Source: Yuukianura sp. NJ FZ-2021
Taxonomy: Eukaryota
DNA length: 64,000 nt
Reading direction: 5' to 3'
NCBI GenBank assembly: GCA_046563655.1
Contig: CM102289.1
Location: 1,302,001-1,366,000, forward strand
The notes under the pieces are model-generated. The model was not told the DNA's origin. It did no database searches and was given only the letters and a program-made list of their open reading frames with translations. Below are positions 26,020 to 38,200 of this stretch, piece by piece. Position 1 is the first letter of the stretch. Every line of letters begins with the position of its first letter. The position numbers and the translations under genes are program-made.

Positions 26020-27870
26020 ATGTTTGTAAACCTAAGATCAAGTAGAGTCGAAACTTTCACTTTTTTGATTTTCTTCAGTTTGGCCATTTTGCCCTGCTTG
26101 TGCTCCTCAAAGAAGATTTTGGTAGTGGAATTCCTTGGAACGAAGAGTCACGTGCTGACGTATCTTCCTTTAGTAGAAGAATTGTCCAGGAGAGGTCACG
26201 AGGTCACGTTGGTCACTCCACTCAAAAACATGGCCAAGGCTGGAATTCGTGAAATAACGACGTTAGACTTTGCACAGCTCAGCAAATCCTTGAACTTAAA
26301 CATCTTTGAAATGAAAGAAAAAAATGAAGATTTGAATCCGTTTACGCTGTTAACTGATTTTGCTCCCACTGGGTGTCGTGAGCTCTACGACCGCGCTGAT
26401 ATTCAAAAATTGATGACAGAAGAATTTGATTTAGTAATTTTGCAACCAATGTTCAACGACTGTGCACTCGGTTTCATCCATTTTATAATGCAAAGGAATA
26501 ACGCACCGCTGATTTTGTTTACACCGACGAGTGCACCGAGTTTTGTAGTTGGCTACATCGGAGGCCATCATCCACCGTCCTTCGTTCCGGGAGTTTTTAC
26601 GGGATTTCGAGATGAAATGACACTTTGGGAGAGAATTCAAAATTTAGTAGCGGAAATTTTCGTTTATACGATGTACAATTTTTATTATCTGCCTGTTATG
26701 GAAGCCGTTTATTACGAAAAAGTTGGCTCGGATCTTCCAAATGCTCGGGAAATTTTTAGCTCCGCTTCTCTCATACTCTCAAATGGACATTTTAGCATTA
26801 GCAAACCTAAACCAAATTTACCTAACGTCATTGACGTAGGAGGACTCCATTCTTTGCCAGCCAAACCACTACCTAAGGTATGAATTCAAAATTCAAAATT
26901 CAAAAAAAAATATTTTTTTTTGAAATTTAAAAATTTGAATTTTGGTAGGATTTGGAAGATTTCATCTCCCAAGGAAAACATGGCTTCATTTACGTCAGTT
27001 TCGGAACAGGAATTCGCACGGACGACATGCCACCAGAAAAGCTGGAAATGTTTTTACGCGTTTTTTCAAAATTGAAGCAACAAATTGTTTGGAAATTTGA
27101 AACTTCCAAAACAACAAAGTTGCCTGAAAATGTTAGGTCGTTTAAGTGGCTGCCACAACAGGATTTGCTTGGACATGCGCAGATCAAACTGTTTGTGACA
27201 CACTGTGGATTGGGTGGAATGGAGGAATCCATTTATCACGGTGTGCCACTCGTTGGCGTTCCATTTTATGGTGATCAGCCACTCAATTGCAAAGAGGCAG
27301 CAAATCACGGTTATTTGGTTCCACTCGACTGGAATACTTTGACAGAAGAAGGTTTTCAAAATGCAATTGTCGAAGTACTAGAAAATCCAACGTTAGAACA
27401 AATCACAACGCAAAAGTTTTAATTTTCTCATTTTTTTCTTTCAAAATTTAAAAAAAATCGGCCTATTTCAAAATTTGGTTTTTCTTTGAAGGTACCGTGA
27501 TAACATTCATAATCTGTCAGCAGTATTCAAAGACCAAATTGACAAACCATTGGACAGAGCCGTTTGGTGGACCGAATATGTCATTCGTCACAAAGGTATT
27601 AGTTTTTATCTTATTTTTATAATATTATATATTTGTTTTAATTAAGTAAACATCAAACTAAATAATTTTTTAACTGATTTTATAGGTGCTCCAAAGTTAC
27701 GTTCTGCTGGTCGGAAGCTAAATTTTGCTCAGTATCATTCCTTGGACGTTATAGCACTACTTCTGTTTGCGATTGTTGCAGTTTTATACATTTTGTTCAA
27801 AATCATCAAACTACTCTTCAAAACAGTATTGAAGTTGATAGGATTCGAGAAAAAAAGGAAAGCGGAGTAG
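26020..27870 (+). CDS. UDP-glycosyltransferase (exons 26020-26877, 26949-27391, 27492-27595, 27686-27870)
   Basis: Signal peptide, KSH, UGT signature WLPQQDLLGH...GVPFYGDQ, TM helix and a KKRKAE* ER-retrieval-type tail; same intron positions as the first UGT. Confidence 0.94.
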
Positions 27871-28334
27871 AATTTTTAAAAACAAAGGAAATTTCCATAT
27901 TTGACTTCTGTTGAACAAGTCTCAACGTTTTAGAAATTTACTACTGAAAGATTTAGAATTAAGAAAAGCCGCCAGAAGACATATTTTACATCAACCCAGG
28001 CAAGTAGCTTTAAAAATTAAATAGGTTTTTATGGAAACATAAAATAGCCAGGTGCTAAAGATAATTCGATTTCGAATTCGAATATTTTGGAATTCGAGAA
28101 TATTGCAGCAGAAATGCTAGAATGATTTTTATCAACATTAATTATTAAAATAAACTCAAAATTAATTCGTTTAATTTTTTTTTGGTTCAAAAGCTTGTTT
28201 TTCAGTAATTAGTTTTTGCGCATGAGGACGAAGCATTGCTAACGTTTCTGAAAAATTCCATCAGGCGAAAACGAATTCAAAACTCATCCTACACTTCATA
28301 AATTTTTGAGTGTTTTGTAATTGAAAAAACATCT

Positions 28335-28400
28335 CTTACTTTTCTCCGTTGAGTAGTCAAATGATGTAGGCGTTAACACAGGACGATTTTTTTGAAACTG
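28335..28400 (-). pseudogene. Orphan copy of the terpene synthase first exon
   Basis: Reverse complement ..TSFDYSTEK|GTAAG resembles TPS exon 1 (TTFDYSPEQ|GTAAAG) but has no ATG. Confidence 0.45.
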
Positions 28401-28531
28401 TTTAAAATTTTGCGTTAATGTTTGAATGAAAGTCGTTGATTTATTTTTTTTCAACTTCAATGAACAAACACAAGAGATATGCCTAAGCCCAAGCTAGCAA
28501 GTTTTCCATTGGTTTGAATAAGTTTAATCAT

Positions 28532-29959
28532 CTATTCAATTAATTTGACAAAACCTAGACTACCGTGCCGACGTGACTGTGCATACCCCAGACTGGTTCC
28601 ATATATATATGAATCTGTGACATCCAAATATTTGACTAAATCTGGATGATGATCGAATTCCTCCAAAATGCTTTGACGCAGAAGCAAGTAGTCTGCATGG
28701 TCATTTTGAATTGTAGACAACACGCTTTGAGCAGCCACGTCCACTGGAATCCCTTTTTCAAAAACTTTGAAAATAATCAGGTTGTCAAAATGTGCATTTT
28801 CAAAATCCTTTTTCAATCCAAGCAAATCATTGATATTTGCAGCCACGGAGTTCAAAAGATCCAAAAGTCGTTTAAACGAAGGCGCTCTCAGGATTTCAGC
28901 CGGAAGTAAATTTCCCACCAAAATCCAAACAGTTTCCACCGCCAGATCGGAGAATGTCATTAGTTTTCTGTAATACTGGAACATTTCTTGAGAATACTGG
29001 CCGTCAATTGGTCTAACTGCTGTCCACCGCGTTGCTTCCAGTAATTGTCGCAAGTATTTGCAAAATGGTTGTTTGGTTTTCTCCCAGTCGGGAATCAGTT
29101 CTCGGCTACGGCGGTTCAGATCCACCAAGGCGGTAAACAAATCGCGAAAATTTAAAAAGCTTTCAACTTCGGTGTACTCGGTTTCATTATTTTCTAAAAC
29201 GTCCATCAACTGCATCATTCCTGATTTGAGGGTTTTGACAGGAACTCTGTTTACTACGGCTGATTCCAACGTATCGTCTAGAATCCACAGCCAGAAGTAC
29301 CAGTAGTTGAGTAGTTTCATTTGTGGACTGTCGAGGGGTACAAATGGGTTGACGTAGGCAGATCCAATTGAGCTTGCTTCAACCAAGTGGTCCAAAAATG
29401 GAGATTGGCCAGTTGAATCAAAAAATGAGTTGAACCATTTCTGCACGTCGGTCTTCATTAAGTTCAGTTCTGCCGGAGTCAGAGTTGGACGTTTTTGTTT
29501 TGGATTAAGTGAGAAGTACTCGCCCTTGACACATCGAAACCCGTGGTTTGGATCCAGCAATTCACCAAAGTCATAAACAACTTTTGGAAGAGCAACTGAC
29601 TTCTCTGAAGGTGATCCAGCTATGTTACAAAAAAGTTACGTTAATTAAATTTAGTAGTTAATAAATTTATGGAGAAAATACTTATATTTTCAATGTTAAA
29701 CTCTAAAATCACAAAATGGTATTGGTAAACTCTGTGATGTCTGGGAAGCCCTTGGACGTTAATTCGAAATTTGTTAGATTTGTAGTTTTTTGTAGATAAT
29801 GTTTTAACAGGAACTTGAAAAAAACTGGCTGAAGAATTCCTGTCAAGAAAGAACGGAAATAATACCCGCCATTAGTATATTTTGATTTGCAATTGTGCAG
29901 ATAACTTTACCTTGCTCAGGTGAGTAGTCAAATGTTGTAAGTGCTAAGTCTTGGATCAT
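28532..29959 (-). CDS. Microbial-type class I terpene synthase, copy 2, intact (exon 29911-29959 + exon 28532-29619)
   Basis: Asp-rich ILDDTLE, effector Arg in YYRKL, NSE-like INDLLGLKKD, NLI, and C-terminal GYAQSRRH at the WxxxxxRY position. A phase-1 intron at 29620-29910 is inferred from conservation with copy 1. Confidence 0.82.
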
Positions 29960-30551
29960 TTTTGAAAAATGCTTTCGAATTTGGGTTCGGAAGAAAACGT
30001 CAGATTTGTTTGATTTTTTTCCAAGAAGATATTGACATTCACTATAAAGTTGACAGGCAATTGATTTGCCTGGGATTTGACTTTCTTTTAAATATATTCG
30101 TTGTGACGGCAGTTTAGATTATAACAAGTGCAAAGTGTTTGTACAAGTCAACCTACTTCTTCTGCGTTTAAAGACCTTCTTCTGCACTGAAGACCATTGA
30201 ATAAAAAAACGTGTTTGAAAAAAAAATGTAACAAAAAATATTTAAAAAACAACATCTGTGTGACCTTGGCACACGAACAGTTTCATTTCCAAAGTGAGAT
30301 TGTGGAGTGAATAGATATTTTTATAAGAATCTTTGAACATGTACAAATACAAATTCACAGTGTTGCTTGTGAAGATAAAGCAAAAAAAATGGCCTTGCAA
30401 TTTCATTTTTGTCCTTGTCCAAAACCACTTCAATTGGACACTGGACAGTTTGGCCTATAAATCCGCCTTGTCAGTAACATTTTGAAACTTCGGATTTCAT
30501 GTTGTAACTTTTTAGAATTCAACATAACCCCAAATTTCATTTTTTAAAAAA

Positions 30552-31030
30552 ATGTTTAAAAACTTTAGACCGAGTGGAGTAAAAAGTTTTATTTTATCGT
30601 TTTTTATAATTTTGGCGCTGTTGCCATGCTTGTGCTCCTCAAAGAATATTTTGGTAGTGGAATTCCTAGGGACAAAGAGTCATGTGCTGACTTATCTTCC
30701 ACTTGTAGAAGAACTGTCCAGGAGAGGTCACGAGGTCACGTTGGCCACTCCACTCAAAAACATGGCCAAGGCGGGAGTTCGTGAAATAACGACGTTAGAC
30801 TTTGCACAGCTCAGTAAATCCTTGAACTTAAACATCTTTGAAATGAAAGAAAAAAATGAAGATTTGAATCCGTTTACACTTTTAACTGATTTTGCTCCCG
30901 CCGGGTGTCGTGAGCTCTACGACCGCCAAAATATCCAAAAACTGATGACAGAAGAATTTGATTTAGTAATTTTGCAACCAATGTTCAACGACTGTGCACT
31001 GGGTTTCATCCATTTTATTATGCAAAGGAA
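30552..31030 (+). pseudogene. Truncated UGT: 5' part of exon 1 only
   Basis: Near-identical to the UGT at 26020 up to IMQR. The sequence then jumps to a copy of that gene's 3' flank (31125-31190 resembles 27975-28050). Confidence 0.85.
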
Positions 31031-31932
31031 ATTACAAAATAGTCTTTCCAATCAATTCTTTCACTTTGACAAAAGTTTAGAGTTAAGAAAAGCCATTTGT
31101 ATAATTTTATATGGTCAAACTCCACAAGAAGACACATTTTGCATCAACCCAGACAAGTAGCCTTAAAAATTAAATGGGTTTTTACATAAAATATCCAGAA
31201 AAGCTTTTCTAGGGAAGACACAAATTTAGTTTAAGTGACTATTTGTTCTTACTTTTCCAATTTATTAAGTAGCAAAACCTATTTTATCCGCCGACCTTGT
31301 CTGTCTGTCTGTCGGCAGTAGACGTCAATTATCTCGGAAACGACTCAAAATATCCTGGATTTGCTTTTGCCGGTAGCCAACCACGGAACTTTGGATGTTC
31401 ACTATTCAATATCAGCAAAGGTCAAGGGTCATCAATGGGTCAAAGGTCAAGGTCAAAAAATTATATCTGTCGTAAAGTAGAATCAGTAAGAAAGTAGATC
31501 ATAACAACTTTTATGTATCTCGTGTGATCCTGATTAACTTACATGTTATCGGGTCAGAGGTCAACTTTTTTTTTTGTCCGGTTCATAACTAGAACCAATT
31601 TGATTGGTGGGCCGCTATGAGCAGCTATTGGCAATTGCTGCGCCGTCTTTCGCTACTTTTGTAGAAAGGGTTTACAACCGAATTTGTTTAGTGGGATAAG
31701 CTTTAATGCCCATCTTCAAATGCATCAAAGGTTAAGAATGATTAAAAAATTTTTTTTTTGCTTAATTGTATAGTAGATCCCGAACCTGCTGTTGAGTTCC
31801 GGGAAGTCAAGCAATTATTCACTACCATCGTTGATTAAAAACAAAGTTTGAAAAGCTACCGAGCTGCATTTAAACCTGACAAGAAAAGCTGTAATTCTGT
31901 TGGCTTCTGCTGGGCAAAAGAAAAATTCAACC

Positions 31933-33280
31933 ATGTTATCGGCAACGACATGGAAATATTCAATGAAGTTGCTCCACGAAGGCTACAAGTGGCATACCTA
32001 CAATTTCAAAGTTGTGCGACACGGGAACGAATTAATTACAATTAAATGCAAACGTCAAATAATTCCAAAAACAGTTACTGGCATATCTCTATTGATAAAT
32101 TGTCTTTTAGTTGTGCTATGCATCATTGGTGTACAATTTTTGCCTGATGAAAATGCCGATGAAGTTGTCTTTGCATTTGGAGTTATTGCTGCATACACAT
32201 TGTTGTGTGGAATGCAAGTATGGCACTTTATATACAGCGAAGAAATATTTTCAATAGCCTCAACATTTCTCAAATTCAACAATCGGCTCCGTGAGTTTTC
32301 AAATTTTAACTTTCACTTTTATTGTTAATCTTTAATTTTTGCTTAATCTCTTCCTTGTTAGTCAAATTCTACAAGTTACCGCTAAATTCCAAAGAAAAGG
32401 ATGGGTACGAAGTTGTTTTCAAGTCGATAATGACAGTCTTTCTCCATGCTCGGATACTTCTTATCCCCACGGGAATGGTATTTTTGGTATTCATCGAAAG
32501 TGGAATCAGCAAAGCATTCTACATGTTGGTAGAAACTATTTTGATGAAGTGTTTTGGCGTAAGTGGACAACTGCTTGTTTACTCTGGAATACTACTTATA
32601 ATATCAGTAGGCGTTGCGGCGGTACTAAATGGAGTGCTATCTGTGCTTCTCTTTGCTAACCTTGCCCTCACCTACACCAATTCAACTCGTCTTTGGCTTC
32701 AAAAACTAAGGTAGATATAAAAATTACTTAGATTTAACATCCTTTAATTCTTTAGATTGGTAAAAATTTTCAAATAAAATTTACTAAAAACATGTCGTTT
32801 TGTGTTACCAGCAAAACTCTGGAAAAAGGAATAATGCAAGAACAGCAGATCTTCTTATACGCATGTCAACAAGTCAAGAACAACTTTGCAAACGATATTT
32901 TTGCAGGATGCGTCCAATTCATTCTGTACAATGCAATAGTTCTACTCATTATAAGTTGTTATACTTTTGCAAAATTTTTCCAACCAAGATATTTCCTTAT
33001 TCTCCAATTCTACATTACTGTGATCATAGTAATTGTGTTTATCCTCACCGAAGCAATTAGTTTAGCTGTTCTCTGCCACGACAATTCTGTCAAGTGCTGC
33101 AATACTGGCAAATTTATGCTGCACAACACTACGCTGTACTACAAAAAAATTTGGAAGTCCAAGAGACAAATTGAAATGAAAGTTGGAGAAAATTTTGTGT
33201 TGGATACTAAAGCCTATCTTCTTACAATTTATGGAGACATTGTACTCCAAAATGTCATCAGCCTCATTCTTACCTTTTGA
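31933..33280 (+). CDS. Chemoreceptor-like (GR/OR-superfamily-like) multi-TM protein, copy B (exons 31933-32290, 32362-32710, 32812-33280)
   Basis: About 7 hydrophobic segments, ~390 aa, and a strongly conserved C-terminus FVLDTKAYLLTIYGDIVLQNVISLILTF. The tandem paralogs share intron phases. Family assignment rests on architecture only. Confidence 0.7.
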
Positions 33281-34449
33281 TTTAACTTTTAACTGACTAG
33301 GATTAATTCCATTGCAGAATTACTACTTAGCCTTAACCATAAATTATACTTGTCTAAAAGTCTAACCTGTCTTTTCAATTAGTTGATGATTTCTTTACTT
33401 AAACTTGCAAAGGAAAAGTAAAATTTAGTTCAAGCAGCCGTTTTTATGTTTCTAAGTTATTTAGCAGGCAAGTTTTCCTGCCAAGGCTATGTCCGCAACA
33501 AAATTGGAGTGATATCCGTTGTACTTTTAAAAGTTCATTAAATTTTAAAACATCGAGAAAAAAAAATTCTCGTTGTAGGCTTAAATTCTGTATAGGCGTC
33601 GTATTTTTTTTCAATTTGTGGCATCGTTTTTATTTTGTTTTAAGCAAAAGAAGTTTTGGAATTGACGATGCGAGATCAATACATTTACTTAAAACTGCTA
33701 TTCAACTTTAATGTAACTCTATTCGCTCTTAGAAGGCTTATTCGACTTGGCTTTAACGAACATCAAAAATTTATTTCTTTCCATTTTCTCGAAAATAGTC
33801 GTAATGAACACTTAAAGGTTGCACAACATTTTCTGCTGAGTGGTGGTAAGAGACTGGTTTAATTATTCACTTCCCAACGGTTTTCAAAACAAAAAAGAGT
33901 TGAAATTTTGAACAATCTTGAACGCGACTCGAACCAGAAGAGTTGTAGAAACAATTTCAAAATGTTATCCAGCACAACTTGGAATTGCGCACTAAAACTA
34001 CTTGAAGATGGCTGCAAGTGGAAAGCGTATAATTTCAAAATTGTAAAACATGGTAGCAAGCTAACTCCAATTGAATGTGAAAATGGCACTATTCATAAAG
34101 TAATTGCTATAGTTGGTCTTGTTCTCCATTGCCTCATTGTGCTGGCTTTTATTGTTTGTGCTATACTGCTACGCCATGATACAGCAGAATTCATGTCAGT
34201 GCTTGGACTCATTGTTCTTGTTGGAATGTCGTGCAGAGTGCAAGCATGGCAGTTTAGATCCGATGAACAAATTTTTTCGGTAGTCTCGAGTTTCATCAAA
34301 TTCTACAATCATCTCCGTAAGTCAAACAACAACAAAATTTTTAGTTATACAGTATTTTTAATTATACAATCATGAAAAATTTTTTAGACAAAGTTTACAA
34401 GCGGTCACTGCATTCTAAAGAAATGGATGGATGCGAACCTATGCTAAAA

Positions 34450-34833
34450 TGTAATTAAAAATAAGTTTCAGTTTTTCCAAAAGTTTAAGGTCAGTTCACT
34501 TGACCTAACCATAAAAGTAGCATCCTGTTTTTGATCCAGTTTCTTAAAATCTTTTGAGAATCTGCCGACTTGTTTTCAATCTCCCTTTTCCAAATTCTAA
34601 AAGTGCAAGGACTTTTACTGTCATAAAAGTCCTCATATGACGGTCACCCATGCAATAGCATTAGGTGACCCCAAAAACTGTTTTTGCTCTCCATTCCAGT
34701 TTTATACTTTCTGTCCTTTTATTATGTTACAAACAGACCCTTAGCTAAGGACAATACCTTTTTGCTTAGTATAAATATTTCTGGAATCTCTGAATAAATC
34801 ATCAGTATTCTTCCGAATCTCTTACTTACTACA
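34450..34833 (+). repeat. 5' LTR of copia element (384 bp)
   Basis: TGTAATT...TTACTACA; no differences seen from the 3' LTR; contains TATAAA and AATAAA. Confidence 0.96.
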
Positions 34834-34851
34834 TGGTAGCAGAGGGAGGTT
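34834..34851 (+). promoter_or_regulatory. Primer binding site complementary to the 3' end of animal initiator tRNA-Met
   Basis: TGGTAGCAGAGG immediately follows the LTR's terminal CA. Confidence 0.85.
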
Positions 34852-35206
34852 GTCTAAAAACAATAACGTTTAAAGTCAAGATCTTTGAACAATAGGGAAA
34901 GCTCTCTTCATCCGAAAGCTCGGGTACACTCAAAGTCTGACAGTTGTACTCTAATTGCTCAACAAGTCGCAGAGAAAAGATTTGTTGTCCAAGTTACGCA
35001 TACAGTCAAAAGCTCCTCCCGCGTGGAGGGTGAAATTGGCTAGTTGTGCACCAAGTAACTAAGTGACACTTATCATCTCAATCCTACGGGTCGACTTAGA
35101 GACTTAGAGAGGAACGTTGGACACGGAGTTGTATCTGTGGTCAAAGGTGTCCGGAGCCCACCTATTGTTCTAAATTTCATAAGAACAATATTTAAAACAA
35201 TAAGAA

Positions 35207-38200
35207 ATGTCTACGCCAGCAACAACAACCAAGAAGAAAGTCGACATTACGCATGTCGTGAAGCTTAATGACAAAAACTACGAGGTGTGGCGGTTCCAGA
35301 TAACCGCCATATTGAAAGCAGCCAAGTTGATGGGCGTCGTCGATGGGTCGAAGCCACGCCCCGCTGAAGCCCAGGACCAGCCAGCATGGGATGAACTGGA
35401 CAATGAAGCCCAGGCTCTTGTCATCCCAACTCTTGATGAACGAAACACAAGCCACGTGATCAGCTGTGGAACGTCCAAGGAGATAGTGGATCGCCTTAAA
35501 AGCATCCACTCCGACGCCAGCCAGCTCAACAAACAGCTTACGCTCTCAGCCTTCCTTAACTACAAAATCAAGGAAAATCAAACTCTCCAAGAAGCATTTG
35601 AGGATCTGGAGAAGCTCTCCAGAAGCCTCAAAGACATAGGCAGTCCAGTGGATGACTCTGTGGTCATCACGAAACTTGTCACCGCGCTTCCAGACAAGTA
35701 CATGGGATTCCGCAAGGCGTGGTTTAGCGTCACTCAAGCTGAGCAGACAATGCCGAACCTGCTCGCCCGTCTGAAGCAGGAAGACCTGGAGCACAACAAT
35801 AAGCCACAAGCGGCTTCCAGCACCTCCAAGGCCTTCCAATGTCAAACAAATGGAAAGAAGAAAACAAACATTGCGGAGCTCAAAAAGAGAACAAATTGTG
35901 CGAAATGTGGACGCCGTGGCCACTGGGCGAAGGAATGCCGGAGCCCATCAACATCGAACGGCAACAATGGACAGCAAAACGGCAACAATGGGCAACATAG
36001 CGGCAACAATGGCGGAAAAGGGAGCCAACAGCAGCACAGATCTGCATCCGCCTTCATGGCAGGTGGAATAGTCGATCCAGGGGACTGGGTCAGCGACAGC
36101 GGTGCCTCTCACCACATGACGGGGAATCGGGCTTGGCTGTTCAACTTCAAGCGATTTTCACAGCGAAGAACTGTAGAATTGGCCAATGGCCAAAAGGCTC
36201 AGGCAACCGGATACGGAGATGTGAACATCCTCATCAAACAGAATGAGACGACACGCCATTTCCAAGATGACGCTGATGTTCAATTCTGCCACGTCAAGCT
36301 AACCCACGTCTGGTTTGTGCCAGGCTTCCGCAACATCATCTCTGAAAGCGTCCTGACATCAAAAGGCTATCTAATTTCAAGAAATCACTTTAGTACTCAG
36401 TACTATGGACAAAATGGTGACTTCGACATGACTGCAACGCGCAAAGATGGCCTCTACGTCATGAACATATGCACACTGAAGCCGGAGAACTCCGATCCAG
36501 AACCAGCAGAGCGGACCCGAGCCACCAAAAAGCGAAGGATGGGCATCCCGCCAGGATACGACATTCAGAAGTACCTACGCATGAAGACTGAAGTACGTCT
36601 TCTGGCCAACCAGATGAAGCAAATCAACGTAATCACCCAAGGAGAAGACAAGACACCACATTATGCAGCAATGGCCAATACCACTAGTAATGATAAACTA
36701 GTATGGTACTCCGATTCCGGAGCCTCCCAACACATTTGTGGCAATAAAGATTTTTTCACTTCTTATAAGCCTTTCTTAATTAAGAAAGAAGTTCACCAAA
36801 CGTCAGGCTCACCAGTCCAAGCCCTTGGACAAGGTGATATTCTTGTAGAAGCAAAAATTGGTGGCAAATTTGAAAAGAAAATTATTGAGGAAGTACTCTA
36901 CATCCCAAACGCATCGAATCTGTTTTCCGAGACGATTATGGCACAGAAGGGGTACGTTATCACTAGAAACGCCCAAGCAACAATGTTCACAAAAGACACC
37001 GGAGAGCCCGGTCCTACAGCCTACTTCCAAAACGGACTCTACATCATGGACTTCAAGCCACTTCAAGCCCAACATGCACTTAAATCCAGGATTGACGAAA
37101 GCATCTTATGGCACAAACGCTTGTGCCATATCAACTCAAGTTACGTTGCAGCCACGATCCAAAACGAAGCAGCCACGGGAATCAAGAACTTCAGCGAACG
37201 AGCAAAGTTAAACTGCGACGCCTGCCATCTAGGGAAGGAAACTAGGAAGCCCTTCCCATCATCAACTTCAAAGCGAAGCTGTCTTGTTGGCGAGATGGCC
37301 CACGCAGACCTCAGTGGAAAAATTGCTGTTACTTCACTAGGAGGTGCAAGCTACTTCCTCCTAGTGAAAGATGAAGCATCCGGATTCAAAGTTGTTTACT
37401 TCCTGAAACAAAAATCAGAAGCACCAAGAGCCGTTCAGGACTACATCAAGTTCATCGAGAACAAAACCGGAAATACGTTCAAAACACTACGAACAGATAA
37501 TGGCACTGAGTTCGTCAATGACGAACTTCAGAGCCATCTAGCGGATCGCGGAATTACACACGAAACTTCTTCAGCTTATTGTCCCGAGTCCAACGGGAAA
37601 ATAGAACGTGACATCCGCACAGTTAAAGAGGCAGCCAGAACTCTTCTTCAAGAGTTCAAAACACCAATTCATTTGTGGGGAGAAGCAGTAGCGACCTCTG
37701 TTTACGTCCTAAACAGAGTCATCAATAGGCAATCTGGCGAAACTACCGCTTACGAGCAAATCTTCAAGAAGAAACCCAAGTTAGCGCACTTACGTGTGTT
37801 CGGATGCACAGCTTATATGCACATCCCAGCAAGCAAACGATCTGTCTGGAAGCCCAAAAGTCAAAAGATGATTTTTGTTGGCTATTCAAATGGCCAGTAC
37901 CGTTTATACAATCCAGAAACGCGACAAATCGTGGAAGCCAGAAATGTTTCTTTTAGCGAAGAGGAGAAGTCTGCGGATCAACGGGTCATCATCAGATCAG
38001 CTGTATCAGAAGTTTTCCCTAAGGAAGAGGCCGAGGAAGACGCAAAGCAGGAGACAGATAGCGATCTTGGTAATGAAGAAGACGTAAAAGAAGAGGACGA
38101 AGAAGAGCTTGATATCAGCAATGCCGACACTGAACCTATGGATCCTGAGGATCTTTCAGCAATACAAGCCACGCCTACAATGGAAGTGTGCGTCCAAACC

